From an uncultured SAR86 cluster bacterium (GTDB lineage: Bacteria > Pseudomonadota > Gammaproteobacteria > Magnimaribacterales > D2472), in assembly GCA_902528875.1 (NCBI GenBank), contig CABZTX010000001.1, forward strand, positions 51,865-115,864: a DNA stretch of 64,000 nucleotides, read 5' to 3'. This document shows, in pieces, positions 27,694 to 36,373 of this stretch. A program made the position numbers and the translations under genes. How positions within the stretch are numbered: the stretch's first letter is position 1; every line of letters starts with the position of its first letter. The notes beneath the pieces were generated by a model that saw nothing but the letters and a program-made list of their open reading frames with translations, was not told the DNA's origin and did no database searches.

Positions 27694-29739
27694 TTGATAG
27701 TGAAATTTAAAATTTTAATACTTTTTTTATTATGTGCTTTTGTAATTGCGGAAGATTACAAGAACATTGAACTTAGCGAATCCAAAAAGAAATTAAGCAA
27801 TGAAATTTTTAAAAAGCTTGAAAAAGAACATTACATAAAAAAAATTAATAAAGAAGAGTTTAATGAAAAATATATAAATGCAATATTTGATAGGTTAGAT
27901 AAAAATAAAAATTATTTTACAAAAAATGAGGTTAGTGAATTTATTAAAGAATCCAAAAAAGACAATGAAAATATTTTTGATATTCTCCTTGCCTACAAAA
28001 TCATAAATCTTTACTTTAAAAAGTTAATTGAATTTTCTGAACTTCAAATTACTATGATTGAGCAAGATGAGTTTGATTTTAAAACTGAAGAATATTTAGA
28101 TATATTTTATGAGGATAATGAATGGTTATCTGACTTTTCTGAAATACAGAATCTTTGGAGATTAGAAACTAAGAATGATCTTTTAATTGCAAAAATATCA
28201 GATTCTTCAAGTCCAGATTATAAAAAAGACCTAGTTAAAAGATATAAAAATAGGATAAGGAGAATTACTCAACAAAAAGAAGAAGATATTTTCTCATTAG
28301 CAATAAACATCTTAACAAATCAATTTGATCCACATTCGTCTTATTTATCACCAAGGTCTGCTGAGGATTTTGATGTAAATATGAGCTTGAAACTAAGTGG
28401 GATTGGAGCTCTATTAGGTGTTGAGGATGATTATACAAAAATTATAAATTTAGTTCCTGGAGGTCCAGCTGAGAAGTCTGGAAAAATTAATCCTGAAGAT
28501 AGGATCTCAAAAATAAGACAGAAAAATTCTGACAATTTTGTCGATGTAGTTGGATGGAGGATAGATGAAGTTGTTGATCTAATCAGAGGAGAAGCAGGAA
28601 CTGAGGTAGAAATCGAATTTATTTCATTCAAAGAGGATCTAAATTCAAGAAAAATAGTAACTCTTAAGAGAGAAGAAATTAAGTTAGAAGATCGAGCGGC
28701 TAAATCAGAAATATTAGATTTTAATAAAAGTAAAATAGGTATTATTGATCTACCGTCTTTTTACATCGATTTTGATGAGTATCAAAAAAGAAATAAGGAT
28801 TATAGAAGCAGTAGTAAAGATATTAAAAATATACTTAATAATTTTAATGATCTTGAAGTAGATGCAGTAATTCTTGACTTGAGGAACAATGGAGGTGGAG
28901 CCTTAATTGAAGCTAACAAAATAATTGGTCTATTTGTTTCCTCAGGCCCTACTGTTCAAGTAAAACAAAGTAAAGGCTATATCCAACCATATGGTGATAC
29001 ACGAGCAGTTCAAATATGGAAAAGACCAGTTTTAGTATTAGTAAATCGTTATTCTGCTTCAGCATCTGAGATTGTTGCAGGCGCAATACAAGATTACAGA
29101 AGAGGAATTGTTGTAGGACAGAGAACTTTTGGAAAAGGAACTGTTCAAAGCTTAGAGAATCTTACTGAAGGTCAACTAAAAGTTACTGAATCAAAATATT
29201 ACAGAATAAATGGGATGAGTACTCAAAATAGAGGAGTTATTCCAGATATAGAGTTACCAGCAACTTGGGATATTGATTCTGTAGGTGAAAGCTCATATCC
29301 AACTGCCCTTGAGTGGGATCAAATAAGGCCATATAGGCACAGAAAATTTGAATTGAGTCCAGATGTTATCGAAAATGTCCTTAGTCAACATGAAATAAGA
29401 TTAATTGATGAACCAAACTTAAACTATTTAAAACAAGTAAGAAAAAGATATGACCTTAATAAAAATAAAAAAGTGTTAAGCCTTGATATTGAGGAAAGAA
29501 AAATTCAAAAAGATTTAAGAAAGATTTGGCTATTGAATATAGAAAATCAGAGACGGAGTGCAATTGGTATGAGCGTTTTTGCAAGTTATGAAGAGATGGA
29601 AGATTTTAATGACAGAGATACTGACTATAATAATAATTCGATAGATCTTGAAAGTGACTATCAGTTAATTGAATCAACTAAAATTATTGATGACTTTTTA
29701 AAATTTTCAAATAAAAAATTAATATCGGTTGTTGAATGA
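27694..29739 (+). CDS. prc: Tail-specific (carboxy-terminal processing) protease, S41 family
   Basis: 681 aa. Signal peptide, PDZ region (GIGALLG..VPGGPAEKSG), DLRNNGGG, SASASEIVAGAIQDY..GQRTFGKGTVQ (Ser/Lys dyad). Confidence 0.9.
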   Translation: MIVKFKILILFLLCAFVIAEDYKNIELSESKKKLSNEIFKKLEKEHYIKKINKEEFNEKYINAIFDRLDKNKNYFTKNEVSEFIKESKKDNENIFDILLAYKIINLYFKKLIEFSELQITMIEQDEFDFKTEEYLDIFYEDNEWLSDFSEIQNLWRLETKNDLLIAKISDSSSPDYKKDLVKRYKNRIRRITQQKEEDIFSLAINILTNQFDPHSSYLSPRSAEDFDVNMSLKLSGIGALLGVEDDYTKIINLVPGGPAEKSGKINPEDRISKIRQKNSDNFVDVVGWRIDEVVDLIRGEAGTEVEIEFISFKEDLNSRKIVTLKREEIKLEDRAAKSEILDFNKSKIGIIDLPSFYIDFDEYQKRNKDYRSSSKDIKNILNNFNDLEVDAVILDLRNNGGGALIEANKIIGLFVSSGPTVQVKQSKGYIQPYGDTRAVQIWKRPVLVLVNRYSASASEIVAGAIQDYRRGIVVGQRTFGKGTVQSLENLTEGQLKVTESKYYRINGMSTQNRGVIPDIELPATWDIDSVGESSYPTALEWDQIRPYRHRKFELSPDVIENVLSQHEIRLIDEPNLNYLKQVRKRYDLNKNKKVLSLDIEERKIQKDLRKIWLLNIENQRRSAIGMSVFASYEEMEDFNDRDTDYNNNSIDLESDYQLIESTKIIDDFLKFSNKKLISVVE

Positions 29740-30548
29740 AAATAGTATCTTTTAATATAAATAGTATTCGTGCAAGGCCACATCAAATAGAGCATTTAAG
29801 GGACTCTATTGATCCAGATATAATTGGACTTCAAGAAACAAAAGTTAATGATCCTGATTTCCCAATAGAGATGATTAATGAAATCGGATATCACGCTGAG
29901 TATTGGGGACAAAAAGGTCACTATGGTGTGGCGATTCTAAGCAAAGTAAAGCCATTAAATACTGTAAAGGGATTTATTGATGATAGTGAAGAGGACCAAA
30001 AAAGATTTATTCAATCGACTCATAAGTTGGGATCTCAGGAAATAGTAATAATGAATGGATACTTTCCGCAAGGTGAAAATATCAATCATGAAACAAAGTT
30101 TCCAAAAAAAATTAAGTTTTATGATGATCTTGAAAAACATATTTCTGAAGTTAAAAAACACTCAAAAAATCTAATTGTAATGGGTGACTTTAATGTATCT
30201 CCGGAGGATATTGATATTGGAATTGGCGAGCAGAATGCAAAAAGATGGCTAAGAGATGGTAAAACTTCATTTCAGCCTCAAGAAAGAGAAATGTGGAACA
30301 AAATTAAAGATTTGGGGTTTGTAGATACATGGAGAGTTATAAATCAAAACGAATCCTCAATTTATTCTTGGTTTGACTATAGATCAAGAATGTTTGATCA
30401 AGATCCTAAAAGAGGTCTCAGAATAGATCATATTTTGCTTTCAGAGAATCTTAAAAGCACCATTAATAAAGTTGGCATAGACTATCAGGCTAGAGCAATG
30501 GAAAAACCGTCTGATCATTGTCCTATATGGCTGGAGATTAATGAGTGA
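29736..30548 (+). CDS. xthA: Exodeoxyribonuclease III
   Basis: 270 aa. MKIVSFNINSIRAR, GLQETK, GDFNVSP, RIDHILLS, SDHCPIW. Confidence 0.93.
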   Translation: MKIVSFNINSIRARPHQIEHLRDSIDPDIIGLQETKVNDPDFPIEMINEIGYHAEYWGQKGHYGVAILSKVKPLNTVKGFIDDSEEDQKRFIQSTHKLGSQEIVIMNGYFPQGENINHETKFPKKIKFYDDLEKHISEVKKHSKNLIVMGDFNVSPEDIDIGIGEQNAKRWLRDGKTSFQPQEREMWNKIKDLGFVDTWRVINQNESSIYSWFDYRSRMFDQDPKRGLRIDHILLSENLKSTINKVGIDYQARAMEKPSDHCPIWLEINE

Positions 30549-30978
30549 AATAGAGTTTAGGACTCCAAATTCAAAAAATGAATTTTTAGAATATGACTTA
30601 TTTCGTTGGAGGCTTTTAAGAAAACCTATAGGTAAAACAATTGAATCTTTAAAAGATGATTTTGAAGATTTAAGTTTTCATTTAATTGGAATTAAAGATA
30701 ATCAAATTATTGCTTGTGGCAGACTTCACTTTAATTCTAAAACTGAGGCTCAAATAAGGTATATGGCTGTTGAAAAAAATTTTCAAAGAAATGGGATTGG
30801 AAGAAAAATTCTAAAAATTTTAGAAAAAGAAGCAAAAAATAAAGACGCTAAAAAAATAGTCTTAAATGCTAGAGATCATGCAATTAATTTTTATAAATCA
30901 ACAAAGTACAAAGCTGTAGGAAAATATACTGGTTCAGATACCGGAATTCCACATACAACAATGGAAAAAAAAATTTAA
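30541..30978 (+). CDS. GNAT-family N-acetyltransferase
   Basis: 145 aa. YMAVEKNFQRNGIGRKIL (Q/R-x-x-G-x-G/A acetyl-CoA motif), INFYKSTKYK. Confidence 0.8.
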   Translation: MSEIEFRTPNSKNEFLEYDLFRWRLLRKPIGKTIESLKDDFEDLSFHLIGIKDNQIIACGRLHFNSKTEAQIRYMAVEKNFQRNGIGRKILKILEKEAKNKDAKKIVLNARDHAINFYKSTKYKAVGKYTGSDTGIPHTTMEKKI

Positions 30979-31443
30979 CTACCTTCTTTCTTGGAAGAAA
31001 CTTTTAAGTAAATCAGAGCTCTCTTTTTGCATCAATCCATACTCATATTCAACTCTATGATTGTGATGTTTTGCATCTAAAAATTTATCAATTGAAATAA
31101 TACAACCTGTTTTTGGTTCTAAAGTTGAAAAGATGATGGACTTCAATCTTGAATCAATTATAGCTTTTGCACACATATGACAAGGTTCAAGGGTTACATA
31201 CATTTGACAGTTTACTAATCGATAATTTTGAAAATTGTTTGAAGCATCTTTGATTGCATTGATTTCAGCATGTGAAGTGACATCATTGTTGTTAATTACA
31301 TTGTTACGCCCTCTTCCAAGAATTTTTCCGTTATTAACAATTATTGCACCAACAGGGACTTCATTATAGTTATAAGATTCTTGAGCTAATTCAAGGGCCT
31401 CGCTCATAAAAGCTTTATCTTGTTGAGAAAACATTTTAATCAA
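30979..31443 (-). CDS. tadA: tRNA adenosine(34) deaminase
   Basis: 154 aa. HAEINAI and PCHMCAKAI zinc motifs. Confidence 0.9.
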   Translation of the reverse strand: MIKMFSQQDKAFMSEALELAQESYNYNEVPVGAIIVNNGKILGRGRNNVINNNDVTSHAEINAIKDASNNFQNYRLVNCQMYVTLEPCHMCAKAIIDSRLKSIIFSTLEPKTGCIISIDKFLDAKHHNHRVEYEYGLMQKESSDLLKSFFQERR

Positions 31444-31970
31444 TAAAACTCTAAATGCGCTATATCAACTTGTGCACTAAAATCTTTACCATACGCAGCG
31501 ATAGCTAGTGTCTCGATATTTCCAGTATTCATCTTGTTTCTAATGTAAAAATTTGATTTTTTGAAATCATTGAATGGAATTTCAATTGATGTCCAATTTT
31601 GATCAGGTTTGAAAGAAACGATGTATCTATCCCAAGGAAATCGGCACGCTGGGGTTCTTATCCAGATAAAATATTCATCTTCAGTTCCCCTTACTGTTAA
31701 TCTTATGCCATTATATTCAGACAAATCGTCTTGAATCCTAGCAACAGACTGAATAAAACCACCATTGTTTTTTGTACTTACATTTCCTTCTAGTCTGTAA
31801 AACTTCTTTTCGTTTTCTTTAACTAAATTAAAATTTACTTCCGAAATACCTCCCATTACTTGATCAGAGATTGATCTCCAATCAGCACGAATATCATCTA
31901 AATTATCTATTATCATTGAGAAGGAAGTCGTTGAGAATAGCATCAAAAGAAAATAACATTTCTTGAACAT
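31440..31970 (-). CDS. CIA30 family protein (complex I intermediate-associated protein 30-like), secreted
   Basis: 176 aa. Signal peptide, WRSISDQVMGGISE, FIQS, beta-sandwich-like pattern. Confidence 0.65.
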   Translation of the reverse strand: MFKKCYFLLMLFSTTSFSMIIDNLDDIRADWRSISDQVMGGISEVNFNLVKENEKKFYRLEGNVSTKNNGGFIQSVARIQDDLSEYNGIRLTVRGTEDEYFIWIRTPACRFPWDRYIVSFKPDQNWTSIEIPFNDFKKSNFYIRNKMNTGNIETLAIAAYGKDFSAQVDIAHLEFY

Positions 31971-31972
31971 AT

Positions 31973-33127
31973 TTAATCTAGATTGACTTCTTTTTCTGCT
32001 TCAAACCAAGGCAAGTCTACAACAATTGAGGATATTTTTTCATAAGGTGCCTGGACAATTATCTCAGTTCCTGGTTTAGAATAGTGAATATCAACTATTG
32101 CTAAGCCAATATTTTTTTCTAATCTTGGAGAGAAAAAGCATCTTGAAAGTCGTCCAATTTTTGTATCCTTATCATCAAGCACTGGCCAAAAATTCTCTGG
32201 TACTTTTAAAATTGGTTCTCCTTCAAGTTCAACACCAACTAGTTTTTCTTTTAACCCAGCTTTGTTGATTCTTTTTAAGGCCTCTTTGCCTATAAAATCA
32301 ATGTCTTGATCCAAGTCAATCAATCTCTCTAACCCAATCGTATAGGGGCTATGCTCTCGACCAAAGTCACTTCCATAAGATAAAAGTCCACCTTCTATTG
32401 TTCTAATTGTATTCGGAGCAATTACAGCACCATTAAATTCCTTTGCGGCCTCGTATACAATTTCAAAAAGCTCATTGCCTAATTTTCTATCTTGCAAATA
32501 GAGTTCATAGCTTAATTCTCCACTCCAACCAGTTCTTGCAATTACCATTGGAATTTTCTCGATAGATGTCTCTCTAGCTTTATAGTAACCAAGATCATCA
32601 TGCTCTCCATTAAAAAGTTTTTGAATTAATTTTCCAGATTTAGGTCCACTTATTTGTAAGGGAGATACATCAGGCTCAATTACTGTTACATCCAATCCAG
32701 AATTTATTGCAATGCCTTGAAGCCACAAAAGCACATCTCCATCACCTGGAGAAATCCAAAATTTATTATCTTCAAGTCTCAATAAACAAGCATCATTTAT
32801 TATTCCTCCATCTGAATCCATCAACAAAATATATTTGCAAAAACCTATTGAGCATTTTGATAAATTTCTTGGAGTAATAAGCCTTACAAAAGCATATGCA
32901 TCTGGTCCGGTAATTTCTACCTGACGTTCGGCAGCAAAATCTCCGAAAGTAACATCGTTAACCAGACTATGATACTCTTTCTCTGGCCCAGAGAATCCGG
33001 TAGGTAAATACATTTTATTGTAGACAGTAAAGCCAGTAACTCCATATTTAAGCGTAGAATCAAAATAAGGCGATTTCCTAATTCTGGATCCGATACCTAT
33101 AAGCAGTGGCAGCTTTGATGTTGACAT
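31973..33127 (-). CDS. GcvT-family aminomethyltransferase, DmdA-like (possible DMSP demethylase)
   Basis: 384 aa. RIRKSPYF, FTVYNKMYLP, ERQVEITGPDA, GGIINDACLLRL, EPDVSPLQISGPK, IEGGLLSYG, DFIGKEAL. The block order matches remembered DmdA sequences. Family membership is secure; substrate is not. Confidence 0.6.
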   Translation of the reverse strand: MSTSKLPLLIGIGSRIRKSPYFDSTLKYGVTGFTVYNKMYLPTGFSGPEKEYHSLVNDVTFGDFAAERQVEITGPDAYAFVRLITPRNLSKCSIGFCKYILLMDSDGGIINDACLLRLEDNKFWISPGDGDVLLWLQGIAINSGLDVTVIEPDVSPLQISGPKSGKLIQKLFNGEHDDLGYYKARETSIEKIPMVIARTGWSGELSYELYLQDRKLGNELFEIVYEAAKEFNGAVIAPNTIRTIEGGLLSYGSDFGREHSPYTIGLERLIDLDQDIDFIGKEALKRINKAGLKEKLVGVELEGEPILKVPENFWPVLDDKDTKIGRLSRCFFSPRLEKNIGLAIVDIHYSKPGTEIIVQAPYEKISSIVVDLPWFEAEKEVNLD

Positions 33128-33231
33128 ATTTACCTTTGTTTTTTTTGCTATTTTAATCCTAAAATATTGCTATAGTAAATGAATAATTTCGATATTTAGA
33201 CTATTATCTATTAAAGGAATTAGGGAGCATT

Positions 33232-34335
33232 ATGGGTAAAAAAAGATTTTTTGATGACAGATTAAAATATCTATCGTTTATTCAAAATACAAGTGAAAAA
33301 AAATGTATTTCTGAAAGAATTTATCCTCATGTTGCAAGAATGCCTGAGAATAAAACTTACCTAAGAATCTTAGATGCTGGTACTGGTGACGGAACTATTA
33401 AATCAAATGTAATTAAAAGTTTTCATAGATATCATCCATACACTTCTCTGTTAATTACTGGAAAAGAAGTAAGTTATGAGGATCTTAAAAATACACTAGA
33501 AAAAATGCCTGACAGATTTGTTGAACATCCAAATCTGCTAGTTACCATGACCAATGTTAAATTTTCTGAGTTAGGTTCTATAGAAAGTTCAAATAAAATT
33601 GATGATAAAAAAGTTAAAAAATTTAATCTTGTTTTAAAAAGTGATAATTCATTTGATTTTAATCAACAAATTACAGGAAGCTTGCTTGGGAATTTCATAA
33701 AAAAAAATTGGGGAATTGAAATAGATTCAAAGGGAAGAACTTCATACTCTAATCCTTGTATTGTAAGAATTTATAGAGATGACCATAAAAGATATCTAGA
33801 ATCTTTTATTGAAAACGATTACGAAAATAACAATTACGATTTAATTATTGCCTCACAAGCATACAGAGCAGCTGCAACCGTTAACTCAAAAGTAAAAAAT
33901 GTTATAGGGCCTCTAATGAGGCTTCTTAATAAATCTGGAAAGCTCCTTGTAACTCACTCTTCTGGAGGTCGTGCTGTGCAAAAAATTTTAAAGGTTGCAT
34001 TTAAAGACAAAGAAGCTTTCCCGAACACAGCAAAAGATATTGTTGATTTCTTAAAAGATAATCCTGTAGGAAAAAATAATCGATATTCATTTGTAAAACC
34101 AATAAGTTATGGGTTTAACTTTAAAAGAGCTCCAGATCAAACTGTAGCTGAGTTATTTGGTCATGGTATAGATGCTAAGTGGGCTAATATCCTTTATGTG
34201 GGACAAATTCCTGAAAAAGATATTCGGGCTTTAGATCATAAAACAGCACTTCTTAAGAAGGTAAAAAATGAAATAAAAAAAGCAGGTCAGATACAATTTA
34301 AAAATGAAATGTTTACAATTAAAAAATTAAGATAG
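33232..34335 (+). CDS. Class-I SAM-methyltransferase-like protein with a large insertion (function unknown)
   Basis: 367 aa. AGGGAG RBS. Motif I LRILDAGTGDGT, later YDLIIASQAY and LLNKSGKLLV, with about 130 aa inserted between them. No closer assignment possible by eye. Confidence 0.55.
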   Translation: MGKKRFFDDRLKYLSFIQNTSEKKCISERIYPHVARMPENKTYLRILDAGTGDGTIKSNVIKSFHRYHPYTSLLITGKEVSYEDLKNTLEKMPDRFVEHPNLLVTMTNVKFSELGSIESSNKIDDKKVKKFNLVLKSDNSFDFNQQITGSLLGNFIKKNWGIEIDSKGRTSYSNPCIVRIYRDDHKRYLESFIENDYENNNYDLIIASQAYRAAATVNSKVKNVIGPLMRLLNKSGKLLVTHSSGGRAVQKILKVAFKDKEAFPNTAKDIVDFLKDNPVGKNNRYSFVKPISYGFNFKRAPDQTVAELFGHGIDAKWANILYVGQIPEKDIRALDHKTALLKKVKNEIKKAGQIQFKNEMFTIKKLR

Positions 34336-34745
34336 TGAAAATTCTTGTTATGGGCCTTCCTGGAAGTGGTAAAACATACTTAGCAGAAAGATTGCAGCCT
34401 CTGTTAAATGCTGCTTGGTATAATGCTGATATAGTTAGAAAAATGGCAAATGATTGGGATTTTTCTCCTGAAGCAAGAATAAGACAAAGTTTAAGAATGA
34501 GAAACCTTGCAGATTTTGAAAAAAAACAAGGAAGAATTGTGATATGTGATTTTGTTTGTCCAACCAAAAAAACAAAAGATAATTTTGATCCTGACATTAC
34601 AATTTGGATGAATACAATAGAATCAGGTAGATATGAAGATACCAATAAAATGTTTGAAGAACCAAAAGAGGTTAATTTTGTTATTACAGAAATGAATGAC
34701 AATAATCATAAAATAATTTCAAAAAAAATTCTAAATCATGTTTAA
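34335..34745 (+). CDS. Minimal P-loop kinase, APS-kinase (CysC)-like
   Basis: 136 aa. GTG start overlaps the upstream TAG by 1 nt. ILVMGLPGSGKTYLAERL (Walker A). NADIVRKMANDWDFSPEARIRQSLRMRNLADFEKKQGRIVICDFVCP parallels CysC DGDNVR..DLGFSxxDRxENIRRxxEVAxLxxxAGxxVLxxFISP. Confidence 0.6.
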   Translation: MKILVMGLPGSGKTYLAERLQPLLNAAWYNADIVRKMANDWDFSPEARIRQSLRMRNLADFEKKQGRIVICDFVCPTKKTKDNFDPDITIWMNTIESGRYEDTNKMFEEPKEVNFVITEMNDNNHKIISKKILNHV

Positions 34746-35127
34746 TCCAAAAAAACCTACAGTTCAAATGCTTGGACGATGGCAACCTTGGCATCAAGGC
34801 CATCAGGAATTATTTAAACGATGTTTAGCAAAAACAGGGCAAGTTATTATTCAAGTTCGTGATGTTTCGGGAGATTCGGATGGAGCTGAACAAAATGATA
34901 ATCCATTTTCATGGAAAGAAGTTTGTAAGAATATAGAAGATAGTCTTAAAAAAGATAGTTATGAGAGAGGAATAGATTACGAAATTATGTTAGTTCCAAA
35001 TATTACCAATATAACTTATGGAAGAAATGTAGGATATGTTTTTGAAGAAGAGTCGTTTGATGATGAAATATCCTCTATAAGCGCTACAAAAATAAGAGAT
35101 GATTTAAGAAACAAGGGAGAACTATAA
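34738..35127 (+). CDS. Minimal HxGH nucleotidyltransferase (cytidylyl/adenylyltransferase superfamily; archaeal-NMNAT/TagD-like)
   Basis: 129 aa. 8-nt overlap with the kinase gene. LGRWQPWHQGH (GRxQPxHxGH) and C-terminal ISATKIRDDL (ISxTxIR). Confidence 0.65.
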   Translation: MFNPKKPTVQMLGRWQPWHQGHQELFKRCLAKTGQVIIQVRDVSGDSDGAEQNDNPFSWKEVCKNIEDSLKKDSYERGIDYEIMLVPNITNITYGRNVGYVFEEESFDDEISSISATKIRDDLRNKGEL

Positions 35128-35129
35128 TT

Positions 35130-36302
35130 TCAATCAATCTTGAAAGTTATACCAGCATTTTGTTCAAGTCTTTCAGCGAGCTTCAAACCAAACAGGGATG
35201 CTGGAGTGTATATGCCTCCTTCGGTATCTTTTACATCCTTAAGTAGACAAATAGTTGATTCAACAATCATTTTTGATGTTGATCCATATCCAGGATCCAT
35301 ATTACCAACTACAGATGCTTTTATAACCGTATCATCTACATCTGCACAAAACAGAAGATCATAACTGCCTTTTTCTCGCTTCTCCCTATTAGGTCCTTCG
35401 CCAGGTTTTGGTCCATCTTTACCACCAATTGGATTAGACTTTGATATAAGTTCTGCAACAGCTTTGCCCTCTTCACCATCTCCAGCTATCCACATTTCAT
35501 TATATTGAAAATCTTTTCCATATTTATGATTCATTAATACGTTAGATCTGTGAACATTTTTCGTATTTATTGGCGCCATAAAAAAAGGTGCAACCCAAAC
35601 ACCTAATTCTTCATCATATTTTAGTTTTGAATCATCTTCTTGTTTAACACCTTGAAAACCTTCACATAATGCGAAAGGATTAATCAATACATTGAAAAGT
35701 TCTGGATTTGTCTTTAATGCAGCCATGGTAGCTGATAATGAGGCAGCTGTACCTCCTGAAAACTCACCATCCATAACCCTCACCCTACCTCTTACTGATG
35801 AAGCATATTCACCAAATTTTGATTTAGCTTCTTCTTGAACAAATAGAACCCCTAAGTCAAAAGGAATACTATCAAAACCACATGAAAATATTATTCTTGA
35901 ACCGGACTTTTTAGCATCATCAGAGCACTCTGAAATAATTTTATGCATCCATCCTGGTTCACCACAGAGATCTAAATAGTCGGTTCCTGACGACGCGCAA
36001 GTTCGAACAATTTTTTCGCCATATAACTGATAGGGTCCTACAGTAGTTAAAATTATTTTGGTTTTTTTAACTAAATTATCTATTGCAGATTGATTATCAC
36101 TATCAACTTCTAAAATTTCAATTTCCTCTGACAAATTTAATTTATTTTTAAGAGTTAATAGCTTATCTTTACTTCTTCCTGCAATAGCCCATGAAAAACC
36201 AGAATTCGGTGGATACTTTTCAAAAGCATACTCGACTACCAATTTACCAGTAAATCCGCTTGCACCGAATATTACAAAATCAAATTTATTAGAACCTTCC
36301 AT
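35130..36302 (-). CDS. Saccharopine dehydrogenase-like (SCCPDH-type) NAD(P)-binding oxidoreductase
   Basis: 390 aa. FDFVIFGASGFTGKLVVEY Rossmann start, DYLDLCGEP, FSCGFDSIPFD. Confidence 0.75.
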   Translation of the reverse strand: MEGSNKFDFVIFGASGFTGKLVVEYAFEKYPPNSGFSWAIAGRSKDKLLTLKNKLNLSEEIEILEVDSDNQSAIDNLVKKTKIILTTVGPYQLYGEKIVRTCASSGTDYLDLCGEPGWMHKIISECSDDAKKSGSRIIFSCGFDSIPFDLGVLFVQEEAKSKFGEYASSVRGRVRVMDGEFSGGTAASLSATMAALKTNPELFNVLINPFALCEGFQGVKQEDDSKLKYDEELGVWVAPFFMAPINTKNVHRSNVLMNHKYGKDFQYNEMWIAGDGEEGKAVAELISKSNPIGGKDGPKPGEGPNREKREKGSYDLLFCADVDDTVIKASVVGNMDPGYGSTSKMIVESTICLLKDVKDTEGGIYTPASLFGLKLAERLEQNAGITFKID

Positions 36303-36342
36303 ATTTGTTGTCTATATTTAAAATTAGAGTGTAAGATTATAG

Positions 36343-36357
36343 TATACAAATTGTATA
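36343..36357. promoter_or_regulatory. 15-bp perfect palindrome in a divergent promoter region (candidate operator)
   Basis: TATACAA-A-TTGTATA between the oxidoreductase start (36302, -) and the acyl-CoA synthetase start (36374, +). Confidence 0.3.
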
Positions 36358-36373
36358 TATATTTAATTATCAA

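Noticed and set aside
34319-34702. 127-aa minus-strand ORF opposite the APS-kinase-like gene
   Set aside because: It is antisense to a gene with an intact Walker A motif and tight translational coupling to both neighbours. Its own translation is hydrophobic and low-complexity, with no RBS.
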